Assembly: GCA_002633005.1 (NCBI GenBank)
Contig: NMRA01000712.1
Coordinates: forward strand, 1 to 64,000
Length of the DNA stretch: 64,000 nucleotides
Origin: Phoronis australis
Taxonomy: Eukaryota; Animalia; Phoronida
Direction: 5' to 3'
Part shown: piece by piece, positions 12,361 through 27,300 of the stretch
Layout of the letters: each line of letters starts with the position of its first letter
Numbering within the stretch: the stretch's first letter is position 1
Program-made: the position numbers and the translations under genes
Notes under the pieces: generated by a model
What the model saw: the letters and a program-made list of their open reading frames with translations, nothing else
The model's database searches: none
What the model was told of the DNA's origin: nothing

Positions 12361-15300
12361 GTAGTTTTGAGATTTGAATAAACATGAGATTGGATTATTG
12401 GTGACTAGTACAGTTACAATATTATGTAATGGCCCTGAGCGTATGCAGTGAACTAATGCCAACTCGCCTAACGTTACCTGGCAAAAATCCCAGGTTGCCA
12501 AATGAAACGTGCTGTTGTCACTGTTAGTGAACATTGCACATACCTGTTCCATTTCTTCCCAAATATACACAATTCACTGGGTATTGCAGTATACTTTACC
12601 CAAATGTGACGTATTGCCGCATCAGACGACGCAAGTGTGACGTTTTTCCCCTCATTTAACTGGGGTCACAATGTCGACCCTCCGATAGCTTTTGAAATTA
12701 TTTACCTGAGTTCTTAACATATTCAGATATATTTCCAAGTTGTATTTTGGTTTCCTTACCGTCAAAGAAGGCAGATATCAGAAACACATGTTTCATGGCC
12801 TAGCCTTGCCCGATTTTTTGCTGAACAATCCTCACTATTTTGTGTGTGTGCTCGAATGTTTGAATGTCAACTTGAGATTTTACGAGGTTGCCAAACAAAA
12901 TCTGAGGTCACATTGACAACCTGCAAGTCACAAATCAAGTATTGTAATTGGTAGAAAAAATATTTCATAGATTTTTGTTGTTTAAACAATATACTGTAAT
13001 TCTCCACACATTTCGCTCAAAAACACTTGCCAGCATGATCATTATTCCATTTTAAAGGCTGACTACCTTTTTGCAAATAATGACAATTTCACCAAATGTT
13101 GTTTTATATCTTCACACTACAACGCATGTTTGTAATAGACTAAAATTTTCTTTGTCTTAACAAAATGGAATTTTACTTATCAGCCATGCTGTATACTAAC
13201 TAAGTGTTTATGCCAGTGGTTACTACACTTAAATTCGTGATGCTCAAAAGTGTTTTAACGAGGACGAAATGTGCCACTGAGGATTCTTTACAAAAGCAAG
13301 TATACACAGAGTGCTTGTGTGTTCTGGTGTTTCATGTCGTTAAAAATCACTCAATTATCAATACTGGTCGCACACTGTGTGTGACACGTGTCACAAAGAC
13401 CCTCATTAAAATCTATGTACATGCGATTTTTATGAATGGATTCTTCGCAATGATGTACAGTAACGACAAAAAGGTAGCATGTATTTCTACTCCATGTTGC
13501 TGTACTAATTCCAGAAATATTACATCTCTATCGTGCCGTGGATAAGATGAATTGATTTCTAAAATATTCCTCACTGCTATCCGTTCTTCTGAGACCATTG
13601 TCTAATTTTTTGCTTATACAATCGTGCATCTAAGCATTGTTGAGGAGTCGTGTTTGTTTTAAGTGATTCAAGCGCTGTTGATAGTCTGTAGTGAATCTTG
13701 AAATAGTGCATGTTTTGTCTATGGTTGATTTATTGGTTTAAATTGATTTTTATGAACCCTGTTGAATTTGCCATAGCATGTTTTGATGTGTACTCTTGAT
13801 ACCTAGATACCCTGGTTGTGCATTTTCAAAAAATGAGATATTTGTTTTAAAAAACATGAAATTCTTTTTTCCTATTCTATGAATTAGGAAATTACATTTT
13901 ACTAATTTTGAAGTGATAAATAACATTAAAACGATCTCATGATTGCCTTACTTTTCTGTGAGCTATGCCTCAGCTTTGTTTTACCAATGACTTGCTGCAC
14001 ACTGTCTTCATTGTTTCTTAAAAGCTGAAAAAAACAGTGCCATGTTCAGAGATAATGAAAACTACGTGAACTTGTCTGCTGCATGACAGTCATGGATTAT
14101 GCCCTTAATTTTTGGTAATTAAAAACCAAAAATATGAGAACTATGGTCATAGTTAATCTCCTGAATTGTATTTGTTTTTCTGTTTTGGTCAGCACATATG
14201 CCAAATGGTGGGACCTCACGTTGTGGCAGGTAATTTTTAGCAATTAATTTCGAATATATGAAACCTGTCTGCACTTGACTTTATTATCCTCAGGTAAATC
14301 TGACGAGTCGCCACCAGGTAGCGCTGCCGAACATGCTGGCGGTGATTCTGAAAGTGAGCACAAGATGGTGGAGTACGAGCTGGAGCCGGAGGTGATCGAG
14401 CCGGCCGAAATCCACCCAGAGAAGGCTTTAAAGAAACTTAAGAAACAGCAGCAGCCCAAGCCAATACTGATGAATCGCGAAGAGAAGACCTACACTAGGT
14501 AGATATTGACGTGCCTAGAGCATCACAGTGTAGCTAGACATCGTTAGTCACATTGCACTCTGTTTACATAGTTTGCGCTCATCACAGAAAACTGGCGGAA
14601 AAACCTATAAATTTCACAAGGAAAAAATGATTTTGCAACCCGTTTTGTGAGTTAATGCAAAAGTTTCTTCACGTCTGGTATTTTTGTAGGTGAAACAATT
14701 CGTGGAAACTCACAGTGTGAATGGAATAATGTTCAATGTAATGGTAAACAGTGTTGCCCATAAAGCCATATATAGTGCAACTCTTGAAGCCTTGGTTTTT
14801 GTCTAGAATACAATCTAGAGCTGTCTTTGTACCATGATTCTAATTTTAGACAATTACTAACTAGAGTGCATGGAGTTGTTCTATTGCTTCCTGCTTGACG
14901 TTGGTGATTTGACTTGATCTGTAATGGGCTTTAATATTTAATAACGTTGCATGTTGTACTTAGCGTGCCACTCATCGAAGTGCATTTGTTCAGTGTGTCA
15001 ACCAAGGGCAGAATACGGGAACGTTTGCAGTAGACAACCCACTCTGTGTGCTCAACTTCCAGTGTTCCTAGGTTTTTATGTACAATGATGACTGCCATAA
15101 TGCATGTGTTAAAGCTGCATTTTGTCTTTTTTAACGGGCTAAAAACAAAAATCGACTCTAACAAAAAAGACCACAACATTTTCCATACAATAATAGGACA
15201 GTTTTCTGTCACCCAGAGAAACAAACAAATCCTCAACGTGTCAAGAAAGGTGTCGTAAAATTGTTGATTTTATTGAGGTTGGTCTGCCGTGACATTTGAA

Positions 15301-18300
15301 ATTGGCGTGCGGGACTTCTATTCAAAAAACAGATCTGTCACGTGACACAAGAATGACCATTTTCCGCGAGTACATCGCTGATCAGCTGTTGGTTCTTCGG
15401 TTAAAAACTCGAAATTTGTGACAGTTAAACGGGAAAATGTAGCTTTAGGTTCACTTGTCACATGTGGATACAATGACATTTCCAAGTGTTTGACTTATCT
15501 CTTAATTCAGTTAGGTGAAACTAATCTTTTGTTGTTATATTGAACTACCTCAGTATGAAGAAAAAGGTCTTAGTGTCTTCCAAAAATGTACTAACCACAA
15601 CTGTATGTGCACCAACGCACTTATACAATACAATGTTATCTTGTTGTAAACCTTGGAAGTACAAGTCAAACAACTGCATACCTGGATCATTGATTTTCTC
15701 TGTAGTTCACTCTGTTCCTCATTTAGAACTGTAGGGTTGGCTGCGATTGCTGAGAAATGACACCGTTTCCCCGTTTAGCCCACTTAAAGAGTTTCCTCAG
15801 TCTAGGGCATTTCTTATGGGAATCCGTTAAAAGTAAACTTCAAAGCTGTTCAACTGTGGCGACCATTTTGTTGACGCACTGTCAGAAATTCCATATTTTA
15901 CCACCCTCCCTTCCTCCTCCCCCCCTTCATCGTACTGAAAATACTACCGAAATCCCCTCTTGGTAGAGTTGAAGAAAGGCAATTTATTGTAGTTTTGTTA
16001 AGTAAGTAAGGGCTGTGTGTTCCTGTCACCATTGAACGAAGGTATAGGCGACATGGACTCATGGCCGTACATGTCTCCCTCTACAGGCCAGTTAGACAGG
16101 TAGAGGAGTCGTTCCATCCTGCTCACATGCCTAAAGACGAGGTGGAAATGAAACATGAGCACGAACAAGAGCAGCGAACTGATGAGAAGAAGGCCAAGAC
16201 CAAGAAGACGGAGGCGCGTAAAGTTGTCGTCGAGGAACCTGTAGTTGCTGCGGTCCAGCAGACAGCAATGACGGCTCCACCGCCGGCGCCAGCTGCTGAG
16301 GGGAAGAAGAAAAAACATCGTGTGGATGATCCACTGGGTGAGTTCATTGATGCTTTGTTGTTTCATATGTCTTATTGGGCAAATGCTGTGCTAGTTACTA
16401 TAGATTCTGAAAGGTTTTATAGTAAATCTTGCACTTGTAGGAAGTGCTTAGTCGGATCTTAACCGAGATTAAATTCCGTGATGTGGTTGCTCTGGCTCCT
16501 GCGCCAGGCTTTCCAGATCTGTTTCATTTTACATATATATTTAGATGTAAGCTCTCTTGGATCAGTCGAGTCCAACTTATGCTAGGGTATACTGTTTGCT
16601 GCATAGACAACCACTGTTTTGCTGTGGTCAGGATTTATCGTGTTGGGATTTTTTTGGAATGTTAAGCTGGAAGTACTATGGTAGTCTGTCTTGAAAAACA
16701 TGTTTTTCGGAATATTTAACCGATGGCAAAGAAAGGCATGAATTCAGGAAGAGTTTTAAGTGGTGTCGTCTTTCGAAACGGTTTCTTAAGGTTGTAGCTG
16801 TCCTATTGTTGGCATCCATTCAACACCAAGATAACAATGTTCAAATCAACACAAAAATAGTGTTCATGTTTCAACTGTACTTAAGAATTTATACCTACTT
16901 GTGCTGTAGTCTGCTTTTGCGTATTTTTGTTTATTGGTGTTTGGGTTCTACTCTGACACTAATGAAAAATGGACAGAATGTTTTTCAATGTGATCATTTA
17001 AGCGCTGTGACAGTATGAAAGTGGCCGAGTTGACAGGGACAAAATGCAGTTTCTCTTATTCATGGACGTTTTGATACATTGGACCTTTCGGTTTGAATCG
17101 CATGATTATCCCTTCACACAAGAGGGGCCATTGGTGGAATGTAGTTGTTGCTTGAAAAACTATTCCTACGTAATGTTTTTGGTGTTTGGGCAGAGCTGAT
17201 ATTTGCATATTCTTTGTTTGGGAAATTCTACATCTGCCTAAAATAAAATCTGTGAGACTGGGTTTACATGCCCTGGTAATATAAAATTTGAGTCAATTTA
17301 CCGGGTTTTGTTCTGCTTTTATGGGTTTTTACTAAAACAAATTGTTAATCAGTTGTTCAGGCATGTGCAGTTAGTCCTAAAAGGTTACAGACAGCCAAGC
17401 AGGTGTCCCCTTAGGCAGATTTATGGTCACTTGCACTGAGGTGTAATATTATGTAACCATGTTGGTTTGTAAACAGCTGCTTCAAAACTACATGTGGGTA
17501 TGTGTTTTGCCTGAACTTGGAATTCCGCTTAATCTCAAGATCGTCTATGCTCGATTTTGTAATTATATATTCATTAAAGCAATCAGGTGAACTTTTTTGG
17601 TCAGTGTAAAGAATCATGACCCCCACGATCACCCATTTTCTCCTTAACCAGAACTTGCGAAACAGAATTGTAGGAATGTGTTAATGGTTAACGAATTATT
17701 GTTTGGTGATCGGAATGTAGGTGTTTTATGATTCTCAAAGAGAAAAATACTTGTCTTGAACTAGACATGTTACTGTATCCCATGACTGTCACGTGATTTA
17801 AAAATATGACCTGTTGTTCTCTTATAGTGTAAACAGACCATGTAACCTCTAATGAGTTTATCTGTTGCCTCATATACTATCACTGATTAGCCATTGAGAA
17901 GGAGTTGGTCTTGTCTGGCACTGTTAAATCCACCTCGACGGCCATCTCACTTGTCATCCCCCTGTTAGAGCAACACAGAGATATAAATATTTCCTGAGTC
18001 TGCTTGTGCTCGAATCTGTCAAATCTGGACACCTCTGTTGTCCTTCATAAATTGAATGGGAAGCTCCTCAATTCACTTGGTGGTGCTCCAGAGGTTGTGG
18101 TTCTCCTGTCTAAATGTATACGTGGACTTCTCACCCGAATACATCTTCTTGTTCATTCGTTCATGTTACGAGAAGGCAAACCTTTGTCATCAGCGCTACC
18201 TGGTGAATATATCCAGTTTCTCATTGAAGTGGGATGCCTTTTGCCCAAGTCCTGCTCCAGGTGGATGTCATTTTCCCAGACTTGTGCCCTCAGCAACCTT

Positions 18301-21300
18301 GGTATGCATGTTCAGCAAGGCTTCAGTTAGTTCACTAAGCCTTTGATAGTAAAATCTGTTCATTATAAACATAATCTGCTTGATGTATGCAAGGCTGTGG
18401 TGCTAGCAACAAGTTATTTTTACTGACCATCATTAAGCATGTGATAGTTTCTTGCCTATTCACAGTTGCGAGCGTGGTTATTAGAAGGGGTATTAGGTAC
18501 CTTTTATCCATCCACATATATATACAGTATTTGATAGCGTATTACCCTCATCTGTGTCTTAGCGTACCCACGTCCGCTGCTGCATCTTCTAAACCCTTCA
18601 TGATCTTAATTAGGTTTGGTAGATTGTTCATATGAAGTTAAGGATAGATGAAGATGGCTTTCGGATTAATATGATAGCCATTCCTTCCTAGTGGGCGTTT
18701 TAGTTTTTTACATTTGCCTCAATCCTCCAAGTTCCTTGAGGGATTTTCATGAAAAGTGTGAAATCAGTTTGTATTAAGAAGATGACTTAGCCTTCCTATT
18801 TTCTGACAGATTCTATGTATTTTACACCACCTAGTGTCCAGTTGCTTTATTTACAAGTCTATTATTGGTGTTTTCTATCTGCCAAGCCACTTGAAAGATC
18901 TTTATAAAAGTACACAGGTGGGTTCCTGCTGAAAAGACTGGTCTGACAACTGTGGTGACCCCTAGTAGCAATTTTTTGCAGTCGCAGGTGTACTCATCAG
19001 TTCAATCTTTCTAAAATTTGTTGATTTTCAAAGGGTAATTGTTATCATTTGCCTGACATACGGACCGGTGCGATCTGTTTGTGCTTCATTGACATCACAT
19101 AGTGTTGTTAAAAACAACATATCTAGAAAAAACAATGCTACCATAATTATCTTCTACAAAATGGTCATTTTCCATTTCTCAAAAAGTACCAAATATTGTT
19201 TCATAACATCTACATGCTGCAAAGTAAAACTTTGCTGGTAATGGACTAAAGTGTTTTTTTACCATGATTGGTGTGTGTTTTTGTGGAGGAATTTCACTTG
19301 TCTGTCATATTGTGTGCTAAATACCAGTAAGTGAAGAATCCCATTAGTGGTTTCGCGTGAATAACCTAGTCTGACCACTTGTTGTCTAGATTGTAAAGTA
19401 GGTGCCAAGATCACCAAAGTAGGCCCAGTGATCATGACTGTAAACAGAGTGATGTAATGTGTCCTTCTGACCTCTGCAGGGCTGTATGATTTAACCCAGT
19501 TCAACTGAATCAATGAAGTGGAAGCAAACACCCCCAAGTTCAACAATGCAAATTTGTTTTCAAAGAAACTTGCAATCATTGAACCCTTTACACTTAAGCA
19601 CAGCTGTTCACCAGGAAGCTGTAGAAAAATGATGTGGCTGCTTTATGCTACTTCAGCTTTGTGTGCTCATTGGCTCTGAAGTCTGTTGCCATAGTAACTG
19701 TATTGTGCCCTGTCACCATTGTTGAATGAAGGGCTGTGGCTGCCACCCCCACTTCTCAACTGTTGCCAGCTGATTTAATTTGCTGTAGGGGTGAAGTGAG
19801 GCAATGTCTGGATTATCTAACAACATGTGGTTGGCAGGGTTTCACACACTGCACCAGAGTGTTGTTATACAGTCATCCAGTGAACGAAAACCTAAGTTGG
19901 ACATTGTGTTTGACTTGTGAAAAACGCTTGTGATGGAAAAGAATTTTGATTAGGAGATTTGCTTTGCTCCTAAAAAAAAACTGCTGGCTTGGGTGTTCCC
20001 ATAGGCCCCATGTACGGCAGAAGCTTTTCAGTAAACAACGCCTCACTTAGGCTTAATTATGAAAGTCATATTGCTATAAGTACCTTTAAAGCTCAGAAGA
20101 ACACCTTTGGAGGCTATCGATGTTTTTTTTAAAAAATACTTCCAATTCTAACAAATACTTCAGTAATCATCATTTCTTTGTGATATGTCCCTTCATTCGT
20201 CAGTGAAATCGTGAATTGGTCACATTGCAGCCCATGTGGTACTGGGTACGAGATTAGCGAATCTGGCTGCCAAGCATTGTGTGTTCATGTTCGGCTACTT
20301 AAGATCATTGTCTAACTTCCAAGGTCGACCTCCATGTAGATTAGATATTTAAAATGTTCATGACATAGGCATATACAGTGAAATGCTTACTTTAAAGATG
20401 GTTGTATGAACTGACATGACGTAAAGATATCGACAGAATCTGAAGATGTCCCTCAATAGTCTAAGTGTTCTTATTGCGACATGACTTAGCCAGAGCAAGG
20501 TGTAATTTGCTGAAAAGTATTCGACACACGTAACTCGTTAAGATTTGCTGGCCAATTGACACAAAAAGTGTTTAATTTGAATAGCTCTTGGATAGATGAT
20601 CTGTTGTTTGTGTACCTCTTAATTAGTTCACTTGAGCATGTGACGGTATTATCGTGTTGGTTCATGGTTACTAGTTTAGAGGGCATTGGTTTTCCGCGAT
20701 ATCATAAAACGAAGGAAATTCATGGAATTAGAGATTTCTAACAGAATTTATAATTAGTAACTGATAACATGCTTGTATTTTTGGTTGTTAGTTACCAAAA
20801 ATTTAGAATATAATCCATTAAATCCAACTATTCTGGTGAAATATCGATCAAAGATCCTTTTGTAGCATTCATCAACTTACCAGTAAAACAGAGCTGCGCC
20901 ATAATTCAGCAGAAAAAGTAAGGCAATGCCCAAGTCATTTTTGTGTTATTTATTACTTAAACATAGCAAAATGGAATTCGCTAATTTACAAAACGGATAA
21001 TGGAATTCCTTATTTTGAAAATGGAAAACCTCTGTCTTTACAAATTTAGGTATTTCATATCTCAACATCATAGACATGTGTTCGTGTGATCTGTATGAAC
21101 TACATCATTCAGGCTTCGTTTTTGCCCACGTGGCGTTCCATTGTTTCCCACTAATTTAGCCAGTGAAGTTCACCTGCTTTAGTATTTTCACATCAAGACA
21201 CGTCCCTCTATTGCTCTGCTGTTACTTTGCGTGAGCCAGTTTTATTACACAAACCACTGGGATGCATTATGTATGTGTGTGATTTACTCTGTAGGTTTCA

Positions 21301-24300
21301 ATCAATATTAATGAGAAAACAGATACTTTTTTGCTGTTGACTTGAGGTTTCTAGATCAGTCGGGATCGTGAGCTATTATTGTTTCATGGGAAATACAAAA
21401 CACATGTAGTTGTAGGTAGTGAAACCAGATGAATTGTGGGAAATTTAAACAGTTGCAACAGCAATGTAGATTGAGGGCCATCTTGTCGAGACATGTTTTA
21501 GATATTTTTATGTTTTTCAAGTCATGCTCTTTGATAATTCATCAAATTCTAAGTTTTTCCTCTGTTTCTTTTCAGTTGTGATTAGTTAGAGTAGGATAGA
21601 AATAGAGTTATTAGGGCGAGTGAGCCGAGGTGTTGACTGAAGTGATAGCTGTGGCTGTTCCACAAGAAACATAAAACGTGGCAAGTTGTAGGCATTTCTG
21701 ACAGAGGTCAGAGGTCACATGTCCACATGTTGCACAGTTAGGGAGCTCAGCATGATCCTGTTATCTTGCTGTGTTTGCCTGGTGCTGCTCTACAATGTTG
21801 AGTCTGTGTGCTTGTTAAACTTGTGTTTGTGTAAAACAACTGTAGTGTTGATAACAGACTGACATGGTGTGTCATCTGTGGATCTGAAGAGCTAGAACAT
21901 GCTTCACAAATGACCTATGGCGTATTTTGACCACAAGTTTCAATTTCCACCTGTGTGGCAGCTGATCAGCTATGATTTTTAGGAGATTTAAAAAGGGGTC
22001 TATATGAGTCTATGTTTAAGAGAAAATCTCCAACTCTTTAAGTTTGAGAAAAAAACTCCAACTCTTGACTTGAGTTCTAAGTTACTGCACAAGTTAGAAA
22101 AGTCATAAGGATGTGAAACTAGCCCTGTTCCTCTGTCATTTGTGCACAAGCCTGATGTTACCATAATCTGGGTATGAGAGCATTGTTTAAATAGCACACG
22201 TGTGCACTTTTAATAACTATTCGTCCTTCTGAAGCTGATTGATGTTTTAATTGAAGGGTATTTTAAGTGTTCAGATGTTCGGGAATAATTTAACATGTTT
22301 TTTAACGTTCAATGAATGTTCATGTGAGGAGTGTGTCACGGATATTCAGTAGTGCTTGTTGAAACTGATCCTGTATTCAAGAGTTGTTGCTGTTGAATTA
22401 AAAATGAGAATAAATCATTCTTCACTGAAAGTAATAGCCTTGTTATACTGGGTTGGGCAGTTTATGGATAGACAAAACTGTGAACAACAGATGCACAATG
22501 AAGTGTGTGAGACTGCATCAAACATAAACGCATAGTGTCTAATATAATAGGAATAAAATTGATAACTGGTGTAATTATAGTGTAATCATGACTGTGGGTG
22601 TGGTTTTGTTAAATGGACATCTCCTTTTTACGTTCTACATAAGACGCACATTTTAAACCAGGTCACTTGCCTACGCAAAGCCTGTCTCAAACCTTTGTTC
22701 AACAGGAGAGAAAATTATTTCCATCCCAGAACTGATCGTTCAGGGCTTCAACAAATGGAAAAGAGTGTTGAAAATTAGCAAAATTAGACTGCTTCGTATT
22801 GGTCGTATGTGATCGCTGACAAAACGAAAACAAATTTGTTGGCAAGGGATATTCTGAGACTAATTTGTGAATTAGAGGCAGTCGGACTGTTTAGACTGTA
22901 AGTTGGCCTTTAAATAGAGCAAAACACATTGTTTATTGTTTTCATTGGGCAGTGTAAATATGAAACATGATATTTGATAATCGTCAGTCTTTAGAATGGG
23001 TATTGAAAGTTGCAACTTGTAGATGGCCAATTAGTGAAATGTAAATTATTAACAGCTGTCGTCACATTATTGTAGAACTGATGAGCGCTGTCAAGTCTGC
23101 CCCTTTCAATGAGGCGGAGTTGCAGAGTATGATTGACATCTTGTTGGACAGGCAAGGAAGTTCATCCCAATGGATGAAGGTAGGTTTCTGGCTCTCAACA
23201 AGTGTTGCATTATTCCCCATTGTCAAACTTAGACGTAGACTTGATGAGCTGTTTTGCTGCCAATCAGCTTGCTATAAGCTTGTTTTCATTCTGTATACTC
23301 TTGTTCAGATCCGTACTTAGTAGGGCAGTGCTGAATTACCCAGCAACACTTTAGTGTTGTGGTATTTACCCACAATGCTGCAACATTCATCAAGCAGTTT
23401 TCTGGCCTCGTTTTCGAGGCATTGTAGTTTCTCGTGTTATTTGTTGGTGCCTTGTTTTTCAGTTCTTTCTCGACTGCATTAATAGTTTTCAACCTTCTAA
23501 ACCCAGCGAAGTTTTACTGCTGTGCTGTGGGCTGCAACTCCGACCGCAGAAAGTTGGATAAATTTTTAAATAAGTATCCATGGATGCAATATTTTACAAC
23601 ATGATTCCTCAAATCATCCCGACATTCCTAAAACAAAGCCAATGTTACTGCGCATTTTCCTGTCTCTAGGTCAAAGGATATTTCTATGCAAGACCGTCCT
23701 ATTAGATATTAGAAGCAGTTGCTGTCGGTTGGAATTGGCACTTAGAATCTGTCCAATTGTTAAAAGGCCATGTCTACTTAATTTTGATATCTTGTAAAAG
23801 TCAATAAGTTGATTGAGCTGATAATGCAAACTGCAAAATTTCACGTGATTATTCGCCACTCTACGAATATGCTGTGTATTTTACGTTTATTGAATTTCCT
23901 ATTGTTCACCAACGTTTTGTGAAATATAGCGTATTCTTGCAAAATTCCCAGTTCACCACATTGCTAAGAGCAGCTTCCTACTTTTTCATGGATTCCATTA
24001 ATCTTTCCCCCCACGTAATGATCCTACCCCTCACGTAGTGATCCTACCCCTCACGTAATGATCCTGCCCCTCACGTAGTGATCCTACCCTCACGTAATGA
24101 TCCTGCCCCTCACGTAGTGATCCTACCCCTCATGTAATGATTCTTGGGTTATTATGTTCTTCTTGTTACTGTTTGGTTACCTTGCAGAAAACTCAAAAGG
24201 GGGACCCACTGACCATCTTAAAGAAACAATTGGAAGAGAAAGAACAAGCCCTAGCTGATGGTATGTAGAGTAGTTGGGAGTGAATAACCTTCTGATAAAC

Positions 24301-27300
24301 CACTATGGTTTGCAAAGTTCAAATGGCATGATCTGCTTCAAGGTCATTTGGTAGATGTTTAGAACTGGAGAAATCTCGTTCGTCACGTCAAAACAATTTT
24401 GAATTATGATGACACGCAGCCCATACACATCTCGATATCTTTATGAAACGACTGTTTTCATTATTTTTGCTAGTTAATACATAATTAATGTAGATTTAAT
24501 CCTGCAATGTCTATTTTCTCAAGAGTTCCTTCTGGTTTGTAGCATTTTTCTTTTTGAACTTTGTATTTTACCTTGAACTGTGTCTGATTCCTGTCTGAAA
24601 AAAACTATGACTCTTAAATATAAACAATTAATATGTAAATATCTGTTGCTGTGATGTCACTCCATTTTCATTGCCATGAAGGATGTCCAGTGCATTCACG
24701 AGTCAAAAATGCCAGAAAATCACAATGCTGGACTGACCCACCCTCAGTTCTGTTGAAATTGATGTTATGTCACGAAAAATTAAAACCTAGTTTGATGGGC
24801 TTAAACCAGCTATTGACCATGTTTTGTCAAAAACTACTTTTTTCAAAGTAACGTTATCACCTGGAAATCCCTTGACCACCGCATTGCTTGGGTGGTCATA
24901 CCAAGCAGACGTGTCCTAGCAGACATGACCAAGCAGACATCATGAGTGTAGTCTGAGACAATAACTCAATGTCTGTTCTTCTCAAGCCTAGATGTCGTTT
25001 GTAGTCTGAGTTGGGAACAAGATGAGCCTTAACCAAAAGTTGTCATTTTTGACAGAAGGCACGGTTATATCGACCCTTTAAAAGAAAACTAAGCCCTATG
25101 TTTTGGTGATTTCAGCCAATCCTGGTTCTGTCCACTGCTATTGCACCATTAGTGCCTCATTTGAGTGATAATAACAGCACTCTATCAAAAACACCTACCG
25201 TGAATTTCTGAAAATTCGTCCATGGGTGTATTTTCAGAAAATTTTTCTAAAGTATGTCCATGAGCGTATTCTCGGTAATTGTTTGCATGTTTTCAAAATC
25301 TGGGCCCAGATGCATAAAAGTAGTGCGCTGCATAGCAACAATGACATCGCATTATCATGCGCCACGTTGTTATTGTTGAACAATGCACCTGACATCATGT
25401 AACAATCATGCAACCCTGCCCTGGCAGATTGTTCTGTTAGCATAGCAAAATTCTTACTAGTGAGATACAACTGCATACATTAAAAAGGACATATTTATTT
25501 CAAAAAACTTAACAAACAATGTTTGTTTAGCAAAAACTTCACAACAAAATGTTTGACACAAGTTTCCCAGAATACACCGCCTTTCCAAAAATATGCCCGG
25601 TTTCATTTGATGTTTTTGAAGTGTCGTTTTCCCATTACCCGCACATGGGCCTATATTCGGAAATTTGCGGTACTCCGTGTCATAAGATGTGTACCGTGTT
25701 TCTTGGTATTTCCCCACAGTTGCCATGTAACTCACCTAAAGTATAGGTCATGCTTATATGAATATGTCAATCTCAATATGGCGAGCGAAATGTGTTGTGA
25801 ACATTTTAAGTCCCGTCAGCACGCCACCTGTTGGCCACATCATGTGACCTAATGAGTATAAGTCTGAAAAGATTTCTGTCCACGAGCGGGACTCGAACCC
25901 AGGACCTTCACCGTCCTGGGTTCGAGTCCCAGTAATGCTTGTAGAAATAGCAGACTAAGTAAGGAATCTTCAAACATCCTCCAGACATTTGAGGGCTGAC
26001 GAGTGTTACATAACATTGTTTTCTATTGGACAGCAGGATGGGAAAGTCCTTAGTACCTGTTAATATCCTAAACCGGGTTTAGTATCCTTTTAAGTTTACA
26101 AATTTCACGTTTAAGCAGTAAGTGGAAAGGACATGTAGCTCTAAACAATGATTCCATTTCCACCAGGGCAACAACAGGTGGCATCAGCCAACAACCGGCT
26201 GAAGGAACTCCGTCAGGAGCTGACTGCAGAGAAGACCAAGAATTCGGCCATGGAGAAACGACTCAGCGAGAAACTGGCCACGCAGACGCAGGAGATCCAG
26301 GCACTGCAGGTGCGCATGAAGTCGACTCACGAGCAGCATGTGGCGGAGGTGAACACGTTGAAAGCAGCTGCGACGGCAACACCCTCTGGTGGTGGACAGT
26401 ACGATGGTGGACAGGGGGCAGCAGTGGTGCAGAGACTAACGGAAGAGAACAGGCATTACCAGGAGACAATGCAGTAAGTGTCTGGAAGGTGGCGCCAGTG
26501 GTGTCTTCACTTGGACCTGGGTCGAATTAATTTCAGATTGGAAACTTAATTGTTGCATTATATGAGGAGAAATTAGAGTTTACTCGAAGCATGCCATACA
26601 TTCAAACAAATTTCAGTTCGAGTGCAAAGATCAGACCCAGGCCCTGAACAAAACAGTTTTGACGAATCTCACCCAAGATCCAGTTCCTCAAAAATCTTTA
26701 AACCAAAAAGTTAACGGTTCATCGAGTTTGTCACTAGAACCGATGTGATTGCTTGCTCATTGACATAGTAAGCTCATTTGGTTAAGAGTGCTATTAGTGG
26801 TCACATTACACATCCAAATTCTATACTGGGATCCTGTGGACTACCTTCAAATTTTTTTGGTGTCGTTTTCAATTTTTTGAGATCCAATGATCCGGAAATG
26901 GTAAAGCTAGAATAGAAAAATGCCATAAGTATATTGGAACATTAAGGTGAATCTGGTGATACTGTTATTAAAAGATGCAAGATACTAGAAGATAAACAAA
27001 AAATGAGCTGATGGTTTTATTTCTTTAATTTTTTTTCTTACTACTGATCAAGCTGCATCCAAGGTGGCCCACCCATGAACTCAGTCTGACTCTTGTTTAG
27101 CTTAATTGTATCAAATGACACAAAAAACACAGCCTTGGGCAAACACTGCAGTTTCATTTGAAAGTTGAATATGTCTGGAGTTTTTCTGCTGTTCTAGTTC
27201 TATTTCATTTGGGAAATCCGTGTTGCATATCAAACTACCATTTAACTCAGTGTTGTAACTGTCAAGTAGTCCTACTGTTTGCATATGGTGCTTTTAAGAG

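Noticed and set aside
18982-18987. Possible 6-nt microexon TCGCAG in the large phase-1 intron
   Set aside because: The donor GTGTAC is poor and there is no clear branch point.
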